From NCBI GenBank assembly GCA_024626585.2, contig JANKJI020000002.1, positions 228,089,707 through 228,112,744 on the forward strand: a DNA stretch of 23,038 bases, given 5' to 3'. Every line of letters starts with the position of its first letter. Position 1 is the stretch's first letter. Positions 13,001 through 23,038 of this stretch are shown here, piece by piece. Below the pieces are notes generated by a model. The model was not told where the DNA came from. It searched no databases and saw only the letters and a program-made list of their open reading frames with translations. The position numbers and the translations under genes were made by a program. The DNA comes from Ginkgo biloba (lineage: Eukaryota; Plantae; Ginkgophyta).

Positions 13001-13813
13001 CTAATACTATGAGAGAGATAAATAATTATATAATAATAAACACATAACACATAAGGCAATTTAATATATACTATATAGAAATGAATGGGGGTTAGTATAT
13101 GAGATAAATTGTATATTGAAATAAAAACCTCTAAAGTAGAACACACATAAAAATTATAAAACAAAGATAATAGAAATTGTATAATATATCAATTTATGAA
13201 AGTGATTAGCTAGTAGAATGTTGTTCATGATATATATATCCAAGTCTTATTATAGTAATAGTTTCCCTCCTTCCCTTCCAATATCCGATGCAAAAAGAGG
13301 ATGTACTAAAGGAACTAATGTATAAATTTAAAATGATGATGGGTTAGTAAAACCTTGAAGGAAAATAATTCTCAACATAGAATTATCCTTCTATAGAATT
13401 TCATATTAACCAAAAAAGGAGAATGAAATTAGTGGAATGCATATTACAATATTCCTTCTTCAATACAATGTATTCTCTTTCTTATGTGAGAATAAAAAAT
13501 GATGTAAATATATATCATAAATGAAGTCTCATGACCATAACCATATTCAAGGGTGTCTTATGGTATGAAGGAATTTTTCAATTTATGCACTGTTTGGGCT
13601 CTGTAATGAGTCTGGCTATATCACTTGATACAATAGCTTTGTTTCTAATTGACACTTAATTCTCATCAGTCTACATTAATTGCCCAGATCTGCTCTATGG
13701 TTTAATATTGACTTTTTTTTGTAATAGTTATAAAATTAAGACCTGTTATTTTTCAAATTCCCAGCATTTGTGGTGCATTGCTAATTCAAATTGGTGTAGT
13801 TCTGTTAATTAAC

Positions 13814-13913
13814 NNNNNNNNNNNNNNNNNNNNNNNNNNNNNNNNNNNNNNNNNNNNNNNNNNNNNNNNNNNNNNNNNNNNNNNNNNNNNNNNNNNNNNN
13901 NNNNNNNNNNNNN
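13814..13913. other. Assembly gap (100 N)
   Basis: Run of N. Confidence 1.
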
Positions 13914-15097
13914 ATATGAAGTGAATTTCTACTATGGGAGCCAAAACATATGCATAGATATGTGAAAAAATGAGTGTTATGACCCTAACTATTGTTGAGT
14001 GTCTCTTATGCTATGAGGGAAAGTTCCATAATCCAAGGTACTCTCCCATGGGGTCATAAGTTAGTATATCATTAACACATTAATGAAACATAACCAATCA
14101 ATGAATTGTATTAACATCGATGGTCATAGGTAGCAAAGGGGAATGGAATACATAAAAACATGGTAATATTTACCATAGTATCAATTAATAAAGTGAAACC
14201 ATAACTATGATCCATACACTTATATCCCTATACCATAGTGTGAAGAGAGATCTTAGACTCATAACCATATCTAATGTGAGATAGGGGTGTGGATTGAATA
14301 TGTTGAAAACTATTATAACATCCCCATGTGAATACATAAATTATGATGTAAGTGGGATAAGTGTATGGATTAATGTCAAAGTACCATGTGTAAAATAAAT
14401 GGAGATGCATGGTAGATAATACATTTTCACACAATATATAAGATAAATATAAGAAAATAAAACTCTATAAAATTCATGATAATAAATTAAAACACGATCA
14501 TCTAAAATAAAACATATGAAAAATAAAATGAAGGAGCCAAAATATATATAAATTAGTCCTAATTATGTGTGATATATCCCAAATCCATGAAATGCATCAA
14601 AATGTATAAATTTTTCCCCAAAAACATTCATATTCCTATGAAATTAATATTAAATTATTTCAAGTTGTACTAGTATTTCAATGACTAAATACATTTTCAA
14701 GCATTTCCATGAGCATTTAGAACCTTTTTATGAAGTTCTTCAGTAGGATAAGAATAAGAACTTTGTACCTAATAAAATCATAAGGAGCAAAAAATGCCTT
14801 ATCATATCAAATAAAAATAAATAATGATAATTTCATAGAACTAGAAAATGAAGAAAAAGTGAAGGTAAAAAAAGGTGTAAAGAACAAAGAAAAATAATTA
14901 TAAGAGAATCATAAAAATAACTCGGCCACTATGAAAGAAGAGATACGATCCAATAATGTTGAACCATTAGACAATCAAATTATCATCAAATTTAATGGCA
15001 AGACTATGATAAATAATATTTAAACTTTAGTTAAAAGACAAGAAGAGAACACAAAATAATATCTTTATATGAAAAAAATATAACCTTACACATATTA

Positions 15098-15418
15098 TGT
15101 GGTATTATACTTCACCACACTTTCAAAATAACTCACAAAAGAGAATTATGAACTTAGATAATCACAAGAGAACACAAGATCATAATATTAATAGTCCACT
15201 TCTATTATGGAAACATCCTAATACATTCAATAAAAATATTCATGATGCCTTAAAAGGTTATTGCATGGAATATATATAGGAGATATTATACCTAACATGT
15301 GACTAACTTATGCATGGGGGATATTACGTAAGAAAATATATATATGAAGATACAAAAGACTGAGAAGAGAGAGAAAGAAGGTAAATAATGAGAATATGAG
15401 GTAATGGGGTTCATAAAA
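15098..15418 (-). repeat. 3' LTR of element 2
   Basis: Direct repeat of 18057-18377 (e.g. aacttagataatca(c/t)aagagaacacaagatcataatattaata; aaggtaaataatgagaata). Starts with TG at 15098 on the plus strand. Confidence 0.9.
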
Positions 15419-15420
15419 AA

Positions 15421-15432
15421 TCCCCCTCTTTA
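15421..15432 (-). other. Polypurine tract of element 2
   Basis: Minus strand AAAAGAGGGGGA adjacent to the 3' LTR. Confidence 0.75.
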
Positions 15433-15449
15433 TAAATATTTAACCTCAA

Positions 15450-15700
15450 AGATTTATCAATTCTAGAGTTTGTTGTGTAATTTGTTCCTTCTTTCTATGC
15501 TACATGTTCTGGTGGTAGCTTCTTCCTCTTGATGAAGCACTCACTAATGTTTCTTGAGTGCAGATTCCTAGTGTTGTCTTTGCGGATGGCCTCTGGTTCC
15601 AACAGGCATTACTTTCCTTCATCGAACTCTAGTAACTTTGATTGAATGGTGACTTGTTGCCCAACCACCTTTTATAGAAGACATTACGTAGATTGCTATA
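15450..15700 (-). pseudogene. Integrase C-terminus with chromodomain remnant
   Basis: KVVGQQVTIQSKLLEFDEGK..LEPEAI....RNLHSRNISECFIKRKKLPPEHVA*, cf. chromovirus LKKxxG..LPELDEEG..LEPExI...EYLIKWKxLPxEDATWE. Confidence 0.75.
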
Positions 15701-16105
15701 CGTTGTTATGTGATGTAAAAACCTTCTGTCGCTTTGTTGCAACTATCTCTTGTTCGTCATGCCCTTCCATGGCATAACATCTTGTGAGGAAACCGACATC
15801 ACCCTTCTTAATCACTTTCTATAGGTGAGATGATCTCCTACGATTTGTATCGTCTTCCATCTATTTTGGACCTAAGGAAGAGTTCTTCTAGGTTCATTGA
15901 AAATGTCCCTACCATTTTGAGCCACTGTACCTTGAGTACCATATTGGCTCCACCAATAGGGATGACATACATGGCAATTGATATTCTCCCATACTTAATT
16001 TAACATTGTGGCACTTTCCTTCACAAGAGATGGAACCACCATTAACTATCATCACTTGAAAGTTTTTCACTAGGTAAGGGAAGTAATTCAACTACTTAGC
16101 TAGTC
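15700..16105 (-). pseudogene. Gypsy aspartic protease C-terminal half and protease-RT linker
   Basis: VKNFQVMIVNGGSISCEGKCHNVKLSMGEYQL, then after a frameshift MYVIPIGGANMVL.VQWLK.VGTFSMNLEELFLR. Confidence 0.85.
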
Positions 16106-16906
16106 NNNNNNNNNNNNNNNNNNNNNNNNNNNNNNNNNNNNNNNNNNNNNNNNNNNNNNNNNNNNNNNNNNNNNNNNNNNNNNNNNNNNNNNNNNNNNNN
16201 NNNNNNNNNNNNNNNNNNNNNNNNNNNNNNNNNNNNNNNNNNNNNNNNNNNNNNNNNNNNNNNNNNNNNNNNNNNNNNNNNNNNNNNNNNNNNNNNNNNN
16301 NNNNNNNNNNNNNNNNNNNNNNNNNNNNNNNNNNNNNNNNNNNNNNNNNNNNNNNNNNNNNNNNNNNNNNNNNNNNNNNNNNNNNNNNNNNNNNNNNNNN
16401 NNNNNNNNNNNNNNNNNNNNNNNNNNNNNNNNNNNNNNNNNNNNNNNNNNNNNNNNNNNNNNNNNNNNNNNNNNNNNNNNNNNNNNNNNNNNNNNNNNNN
16501 NNNNNNNNNNNNNNNNNNNNNNNNNNNNNNNNNNNNNNNNNNNNNNNNNNNNNNNNNNNNNNNNNNNNNNNNNNNNNNNNNNNNNNNNNNNNNNNNNNNN
16601 NNNNNNNNNNNNNNNNNNNNNNNNNNNNNNNNNNNNNNNNNNNNNNNNNNNNNNNNNNNNNNNNNNNNNNNNNNNNNNNNNNNNNNNNNNNNNNNNNNNN
16701 NNNNNNNNNNNNNNNNNNNNNNNNNNNNNNNNNNNNNNNNNNNNNNNNNNNNNNNNNNNNNNNNNNNNNNNNNNNNNNNNNNNNNNNNNNNNNNNNNNNN
16801 NNNNNNNNNNNNNNNNNNNNNNNNNNNNNNNNNNNNNNNNNNNNNNNNNNNNNNNNNNNNNNNNNNNNNNNNNNNNNNNNNNNNNNNNNNNNNNNNNNNN
16901 NNNNNN
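16106..16906. other. Assembly gap (801 N)
   Basis: Run of N; the 273-aa ORF spanning it is an artefact. Confidence 1.
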
Positions 16907-17200
16907 ATCCATTGATACCATTAGAATGGTTAAATATCTATATTCAATGAAGCTAGTGTCATATTCTTATCAAAGGGTACTTGATAAAGGATAAACAACT
17001 AATCCATTTAACTAATCCATGTTCTTACTTTTCTCTTGTCAAACTTTTGTATTTTTACCTTAGGAAGGTAGTTGTTTTTTATTTCCTTAACTTGCTAAAT
17101 TTCTTCAAGGACACTCTCCTCCTTAGGTTATTTTTCCTTCCCCAATAACAAGATTTCTATCCTATCCATATACCCATATAATGACTCCTCTATTTATTTC
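16907..17200 (-). pseudogene. Gypsy gag N-terminal remnant
   Basis: YLPKVKIQKFDKRKVRTWIS*MD*LFILYQVPFDKNMTLASLNIDI*PF*WYQW, matching the PKxxxxKFDG..WIxxMExxF...KVxLASLxL....WYQW gag pattern. Confidence 0.75.
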
Positions 17201-17604
17201 ATTCTAACATAAATTTCTCCTCTCATCATATGAAAGCATAATTTAACTCTTTAGATCAGTGGGGGTTGAATTTTGGTGCCATTATTTTGATGAAGCCTGA
17301 TCTCAACTCTATTTTAATAGAGTTTTTGAAACACTTCATATTGTTGAGACTATAATAGGGCCTCTTAAGCTTGTCATATTCCTTATAAATAGTTGGAATA
17401 GTATTGGTCCTCTTAGAGAACTGAATCTAATGCACTATAATAGTGAAAGACAGTAATGCTTGATCCCAAACAATTTTTTTATTTTTTTTAGTGGAAAAAC
17501 TAAATTCCACACTTAGAATTAAATAATTTTGCCTCTCAACAAAATATTATAAATTTAGGACTACTGTTATAGAACTAGTTATATCCTAAATATGACACAT
17601 AAGG

Positions 17605-17820
17605 GTTATTAAAATATTAAAATATTAACAAAGTTTCATATTTATATATTGCTCATTCATAAAATATTGACAGAGTCACAAATTATAAATTGATGAATCT
17701 TATAATATCGACAAAGTTACAGGTTGCTTAATCATAAAATATCTGAGTTACAACTCATAGTGAAGTACTCATAGAATATAGTGAAAATATATGCTCAAAA
17801 TATTCACAGAATGAGGTGAA
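17605..17820. repeat. Degenerate tandem repeat, core approx. cataaaatattgacagagttaca
   Basis: Copies near 17617, 17658, 17701, 17733, 17770 and 17796 with roughly 25-45 bp spacing. Confidence 0.55.
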
Positions 17821-18045
17821 AAAATACACAAATTCTTTTTTTTCTATGACAATAGAATATGGTTACTAGAAACTTTCTAGAGTATACTAGAGTTATAAAA
17901 GGCCATAATGGACATATATTTCTTCATTATCTAGGATAATATAATTTTATTACTAGAAAAAAAAAATCTAGAATTACTATAATGCCAAATTTCCTCTTAC
18001 TGAATATGCACATCCTCTTGTTGGAAACCTTTCACATGAAAGTTT

Positions 18046-18056
18046 CTCTAATACCA
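18046..18056 (-). other. Primer-binding site (tRNA-iMet type) of element 2
   Basis: Minus strand TGGTATTAGAG, one mismatch from TGGTATCAGAG, directly inside the 5' LTR. Confidence 0.8.
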
Positions 18057-18377
18057 CTTAATATGATACTTCATCACACTTTGACAATAAATAACAAAAT
18101 ATAATGCCAAACTTAGATAATCATAAGAGAACACAAGATCATAATATTAATACTCCACTTTGAGGGTCGGAACTTCCCAATCCATTCAATAACAATATTC
18201 ATGATGCCTTTAAAGGCTATTATATGGAATATATATAGGAACTATTATGATTGACATGCGCCTAATGTATACATATGGGCTATTACATAAGATAAAATAT
18301 ATATGAAGAGATAAAAGAGTGTGAAGAGAGAGAAATAAGGTAAATAATGAGAATAGGAGGTAATGGGGATCATAACA
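18057..18377 (-). repeat. 5' LTR of element 2
   Basis: Direct repeat of 15098-15418; minus-strand start TGTTATG at 18377. Confidence 0.9.
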
Positions 18378-19552
18378 TTATTCTTAATTTACACTCTAAA
18401 TATTTTTTTGTATTCCTTAGTTTAACCCACTTTCATAATATGTTCAAGTAAAAGAATGTAACTAACCTTAATAATTAATACATACAAGCATTCTCAAATA
18501 AAATCCTCATTAGTATTTCTCAATTTTCACATATAAACCTTCTCAATATTCTCATATTATGGCATTGCATTATTCAAGTTTTGTAAGAATCATGCATCTC
18601 AAATTATGATTTCATGTCCTTCATATCAACAAAATGCTAATCCTAAAAAATGGAGAAAGACTATAAAAATCCATTAAAAAAAGAAGAAAAGGGATTAAAT
18701 ATTTTGTATAGCATAATTTTAATCTTTAATTTCCCATTTGTGTGAAGGAAGAGAGAATTTATCTTAACATCCATCATCCCTCAACTTCTCCATGACGAGA
18801 ACCTCACCTTTAGTCTCAAATAAATAAAGATGGATTTAGTTTTATTTATTTTCATGTATATGGAACACATTTGGATGGATAACCTTTATATTATAATTTT
18901 TTATATTATTTATATTTCCTTGTTGTCAATCTATAGATTTGCACTTGAATAATATAGAACCAAATAAGGGAGAAATTTAAGGGTAGAGACATATAGTAAT
19001 AAGAATGAGGGTTAACTTCATACAAATTAAGGCATTTCAAACCCTCTTCAACATTTATAGTTTTCCATGGCATTATCAATATAATAGTATTTAATTTTTT
19101 TCACCTCTTTTTAACCTTCTAGATTTAAATTTAAAAAAATAGTCTAAAGCCACCTACACAAAGATTAGAATGGAAGGAATCAAGAGAAGAAAAAGGAAAA
19201 TAAGAAAAATGGGAATAATAAAATATCATTTGATGCTTTAAGGTAAAATAATTTCAAGGGATTATATGCAACTAACTCAAGGAGATAATTATCAATCCTA
19301 ACAAATTTCCTATAAGTAAAGAAGCACAATTAGATATTTTTGACCCATAATCCAAGAGAAAAGAATATTAAAAGAGAAGGAAATGTCATGTTTCCCATGA
19401 TGAAACAATTGTTATTTGTAATATTCTCTATATTTTATGTATTTTTATCTAAATTATGTGAAAAATACATTTATTATAGGGATGTTTATGTAAATAATAT
19501 ACTTTATCTTCCTAGGATATGTTTATTCCAATAAATATCTTAATGTTAAAAA

Positions 19553-19920
19553 TATACCTTCAAAAATATGAAGGTATCCTTTTGTTGTATGAAAGTACTA
19601 ATCTTCACCCTTTGAAAAAGTATCATATTAGCTACCTTCATTTATAGTGAAGTTAAGTTACCTTAAATAATGTAAGTGTCACTTGTAAATACACTAAACA
19701 TGATTTACCTTCATCCATACTAAGGGTAACTTATCCATAGTTGCATTTAAGGTAACTCTACCTTTAGTTATGATGTGGGAAACTAAACTTTATTCATGAT
19801 AGAAGTAAATTTATCATATTCTATGATGTATATAAGTTTACCTTTATCTACAATGTAGTTAAATTTATGTTAAACCATCAAGAGGGTAACTTTACTTATA
19901 GTCAAAGTGAAGGTATAATC
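19553..19920. repeat. Degenerate minisatellite of ~27-bp palindromic units (approx. TTTACCTTCA-n7-TGAAGGTAAC)
   Basis: About eight consecutive 26-27-bp units from ~19704 to ~19918, plus related copies at ~19553 (ataccttca..tgaaggtat) and ~19633. Confidence 0.7.
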
Positions 19921-20039
19921 ATTCCTTTCCATCAACAAATCTATAGGTAAGTGATTCATATCTCAATGGTTGAGTGAAAATATCCCAATGTTATTAACTA
20001 CAAATTCTTTAGAACTAAATCACTATGTCTACTAATTCA

Positions 20040-21081
20040 TGTAATCTAATCATATTGAACCTAGCAATTCAAGAGTAGAAGAAATTTATGACACACCATG
20101 TATTACATAGAGTCAAAGATTTTTAACTAGAAAAACCCTCTTGGGGAATAAAACTATATAATACATTAAAAATATAATAAATAAGTATTACATAAACTAC
20201 TCCTATGAATCTATTCATGATATTCCAATCATAGAGATTTTCACAACAATTATAAATAATTTTTCACAATCAGTGTGAAGTTGGTTTTCGTCCACTAAAA
20301 TATCTCCCACACTGTGTCATAGAAAAACTCTATCTCCTTCTTCCTTGCTCACTGAGTCTCTCTATATTTATTATTTATTATCTCCCTCTCTCCATGGAGG
20401 TGATATCCCTCTCACACTCTCTTATCTAAGTGTGATATCCTTCTCTTCCTATTGGGGTGAGATCCCTCTTACACTTTCTTCTCTAAATGTGATATCCTTC
20501 TCCTCCCATCAGTATGATTCAGTCTCCACACAACCTTACTATTATTTAAACCATATCCCCTTTCATTCCATCCATATATTTAACTACTCAAACTTCCTAT
20601 AAGAGTTGAATTGTCACATAACTAAATTATTGTCGAGTGTATTTGTCTCTCTCATCTCTTCATGAGTCCTTCTCTCCATATTTCTATCAAAGTGTCTATT
20701 CCTATCACCATCAGAGTGAATCTTGATCTAAGTGAGATTTTTTTTCTTGCACAAGTATCTCCCCCTTTATTATATAGAGGGCCTTCCTCCCTACCTTTTA
20801 ACTATTTATTCCCCTCATTTTGGGACTATTGAGGATATGTTGCTATCAAAGTATCATTTCTTGGTCATCATCATAGTAAGACTCTTATTCCATGATAAAA
20901 AAATCACTTTCTTCCTCGATTCATCTCTATAGACACCTGATCTCTAAACACCCAAAATTTCCTTGTACATATTTCATCAATTAAGAAATTCTAAATCTAA
21001 AGTGCATCCAAACTATATCTCTAAATCTAAATTTATGAGTAATTATATATTTGTCATATCGAATATTATATCTCTATAATA
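20040..21081 (-). repeat. Probable 3' LTR of a Ty1/copia element
   Basis: TG at 20040, the gaaaaaccctc..gggaataaaac motif typical of plant LTRs, and a PPT-like TTAAAGGG (minus, 21082-21089) directly adjoining copia-like coding remnants. No partner LTR seen. Confidence 0.45.
20399..20512. repeat. 57-bp tandem duplication within the putative LTR
   Basis: ggtgatatccctctcacactctcttatctaagtgtgatatccttctc.. repeated as ggtgagatccctcttacactttcttctctaaatgtgatatccttctc.. Confidence 0.85.
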
Positions 21082-21089
21082 CCCTTTAA

Positions 21090-22060
21090 AATTGATCTTC
21101 CACTCTCCATGAACTTGAAATCCTTTAATCACTCATCATCCTGGGCCATGTACTTCTCTTCAAAATAATTTTCAAAGGATATATTGATAGTATTTGGGAG
21201 CATTCAATTAATCTATCATTGTTGGTTCTTGGGTTACGATGGTATGCCATCACTTGTGCTACCTTCTTTTGAATATGTATGTTGATGTTTATAGAAAAGA
21301 ATAACCATCCACCAAGATAAATGGGTAACCATCCACTATACCTTCTAGTCTACTAGGAATCATTTCACATACATGGTTCATCAACAACTATCATACTTGA
21401 GTATTTTTGATGTGGGTTTCTTACACACCTACAACAAAGTCAAATTTTAGGTGTTGCCACCTATATGTTTTAGTGCTCTTGCTAGATTTAGAGCATAAGG
21501 TACAAAAAACTTAGATTATATAGCTCAGGACATTATATGGGTTTGAAGACCTACAAGAGAGCTTCTTAAAGTGGACACTAATAGGGATTTTGTCAGGGTA
21601 AGCATATAGACATGAATAAAATGTAGAAAAGGGGAGAGAGTAAGGTGGAGAGGACAATGTTGAGGATATTTATCGCTATCTAAAATTCCTACCAAAGCAT
21701 GCAAGAAATAGCTAACACTCAAATCAAACATGCTCCATGCTTTGGAATTACATATTCCCAAAATAATAGACTGACTAAACTAGTACGACAAGTGTGCATC
21801 AGTGATCAAAATTAAGATTCAACTCAAGAGTAGACAATTAACATAACAATGCACTCATATTAATCGAATGTGCTTAAGGGTGTAGAGAATTTGTTGGGTG
21901 GGGAGAAATGACATCATAGATTACATATTGCTTAGAGCACATCCTTCCTATCTATGTTCCATGAATTAGCTAACCTGAGTTGGAGGATAGCGTGACTCAA
22001 CCTCCATGCTCATGAATTCCTTGAAGCACAGTAACACATATGACCCGCAGTAATGCTTCA
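21090..22060 (-). pseudogene. Highly eroded and deleted Ty1/copia pol remnant
   Basis: Weak motifs in copia order: GH...EGCALS (cf. CEGCxLGK, pre-integrase), FLHALV (cf. FKALVE), LRSSLVGLQ (cf. LKKSLYGLKQ), P.I.FVVGV (cf. RPDIAFAVGV), GYPFIL (cf. SGYVFxL), YH..RT (cf. YHxRTKHI). Confidence 0.45.
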
Positions 22061-23038
22061 AAAACAATAAAGATAAAGAGACAAACCCAGATTGACACAT
22101 AGTGAAATTTAATATATCATGAAATCCAAATTACATTATCCATTTAAAGGAACCGAAATAGAGATGCATAAAATTATCACAACATATATATGTATATATT
22201 TATAAAAGTCCAATCCTATTACAAAATTTCCCCTTAGAAGTGATCAAGCAGAAATAGAAAAAAAAATAAGAAAATATGCCCAGAGTTATATTGAGGAAGC
22301 CTTTTCCTTAGAACAGGTCTTCTTCTTCTTTATTCTTTTATAGAGAAATTTTCCCCAGATCCAGATCCCCTTTATAGAATCTATCTTTATGTTTTATACT
22401 TCCTCTCTAACCCCTTTCCAAAACTAACCACAGTATCATTTAAACACCCTTAGTTATAAATCCATTAGAAGGAATCCTGCTTTTTCCCTCTCATAATTTG
22501 CTCTTGAAAGAGCCTTCATGCCTCAAGGAATAGGCATGTCAAGCCTCTGAGGTGGAAGGTGAAACAACATGACTTGGCATAGTCATGTAGAAGAAAAATG
22601 AAAGGAAAATAGAGAGGCAATTGTCTTAACTACTCTAGACTAAGTGGTCCCCTGAGTTATGCATCAAACTTTCTCTATCATGGTTAGTGCTACCTTGTGG
22701 GTTGAGTGGCTTTACTCATATTTAAATGCCAATCCTACACATGTTATGATCTCATGGGGCCTGGTACTCGTGTCCTGGGATCATAATTTTCTTCTTCCTC
22801 TTGGCCATTATGACTTTAAAAAATGTGCACCACACCGGTAGCATGACACTTGGTGGCTTATCACAAGATTAGGGCATGGGGCTTCTTTATACTTTATTTC
22901 TTCTATGTGTGTGTGGCCTTTAGGGCCCCAAGCCCTAAATATTGAGACACTTGTCATGATCATAGATCACCTTAGTGTGCCCTTCCCTCTCCCTTTTGTA
23001 ACTTTGTAGGGACCCTTGAGAGGGATGAGTAGCATGAC

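Larger units (their letters stand above)
15098..18377 (-). mobile_element. Internally deleted Ty3/gypsy chromovirus LTR retrotransposon (gag, protease, chromodomain; no RT/RNase H/integrase core)
   Basis: Paired ~321-bp LTRs, PBS, PPT and minus-strand gag, protease and chromodomain remnants in the correct order. Contains an 801-N gap within gag. Confidence 0.85.

Noticed and set aside
16910-16920. TGGTATCA on the minus strand as a second PBS
   Set aside because: It is the WYQW codons of gag and has no adjacent LTR.
16100-16921. 273-aa ORF
   Set aside because: Almost entirely N; an artefact of the gap.
15093-18382. Target-site duplication of element 2
   Set aside because: Flanks tatta and ttatt do not match in register and are low-complexity.
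19553-19920. CRISPR-like array
   Set aside because: Eukaryotic context, no cas genes, highly divergent units, and no unique spacer-length segments.
21175-21215. Plus-strand GYIDSIW resembling copia GYxDSDW
   Set aside because: Isolated; the other copia-like motifs and the PPT are on the minus strand.
545-22841. Short 60-95 aa ORFs as host genes
   Set aside because: Their I/L/F/Y-rich composition is expected from AT-rich DNA, and they lie within or antisense to decayed repeats with no domain support.

Overview
This is very AT-rich, strongly CpG-depleted eukaryotic DNA, most likely from a large plant genome (a gymnosperm-like origin is my inference). It is a scaffold with four N gaps and no intact protein-coding gene. 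Most listed ORFs are spurious or short open pieces of decayed retroelements. It reads as an old retrotransposon graveyard, with every recognisable coding remnant on the minus strand. (1) A Ty3/gypsy LTR element (~1.43-5.45 kb) has an internal region of only gag + protease + the extreme pol tail. (2) A pseudogenised plant L1-type LINE ORF2 has RT, zf-RVT and C-terminal RNase H (6.8-9.9 kb), followed by an ORF1-like remnant. (3) A second gypsy/chromovirus element (15098-18377) has ~321-bp LTRs, PBS, PPT, gag, protease and chromodomain but no RT/RNase H/integrase core. (4) A heavily eroded Ty1/copia remnant with one LTR lies at ~20.0-22.05 kb. The most notable points are the shared 'gag-protease-(deleted RT/RH/INT)-pol tail' architecture of two unrelated elements, two arrays of palindromic repeat units, and the strand bias. 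I found no convincing evidence for a novel multi-gene system. All motif calls are by-eye translations through stops and frameshifts.
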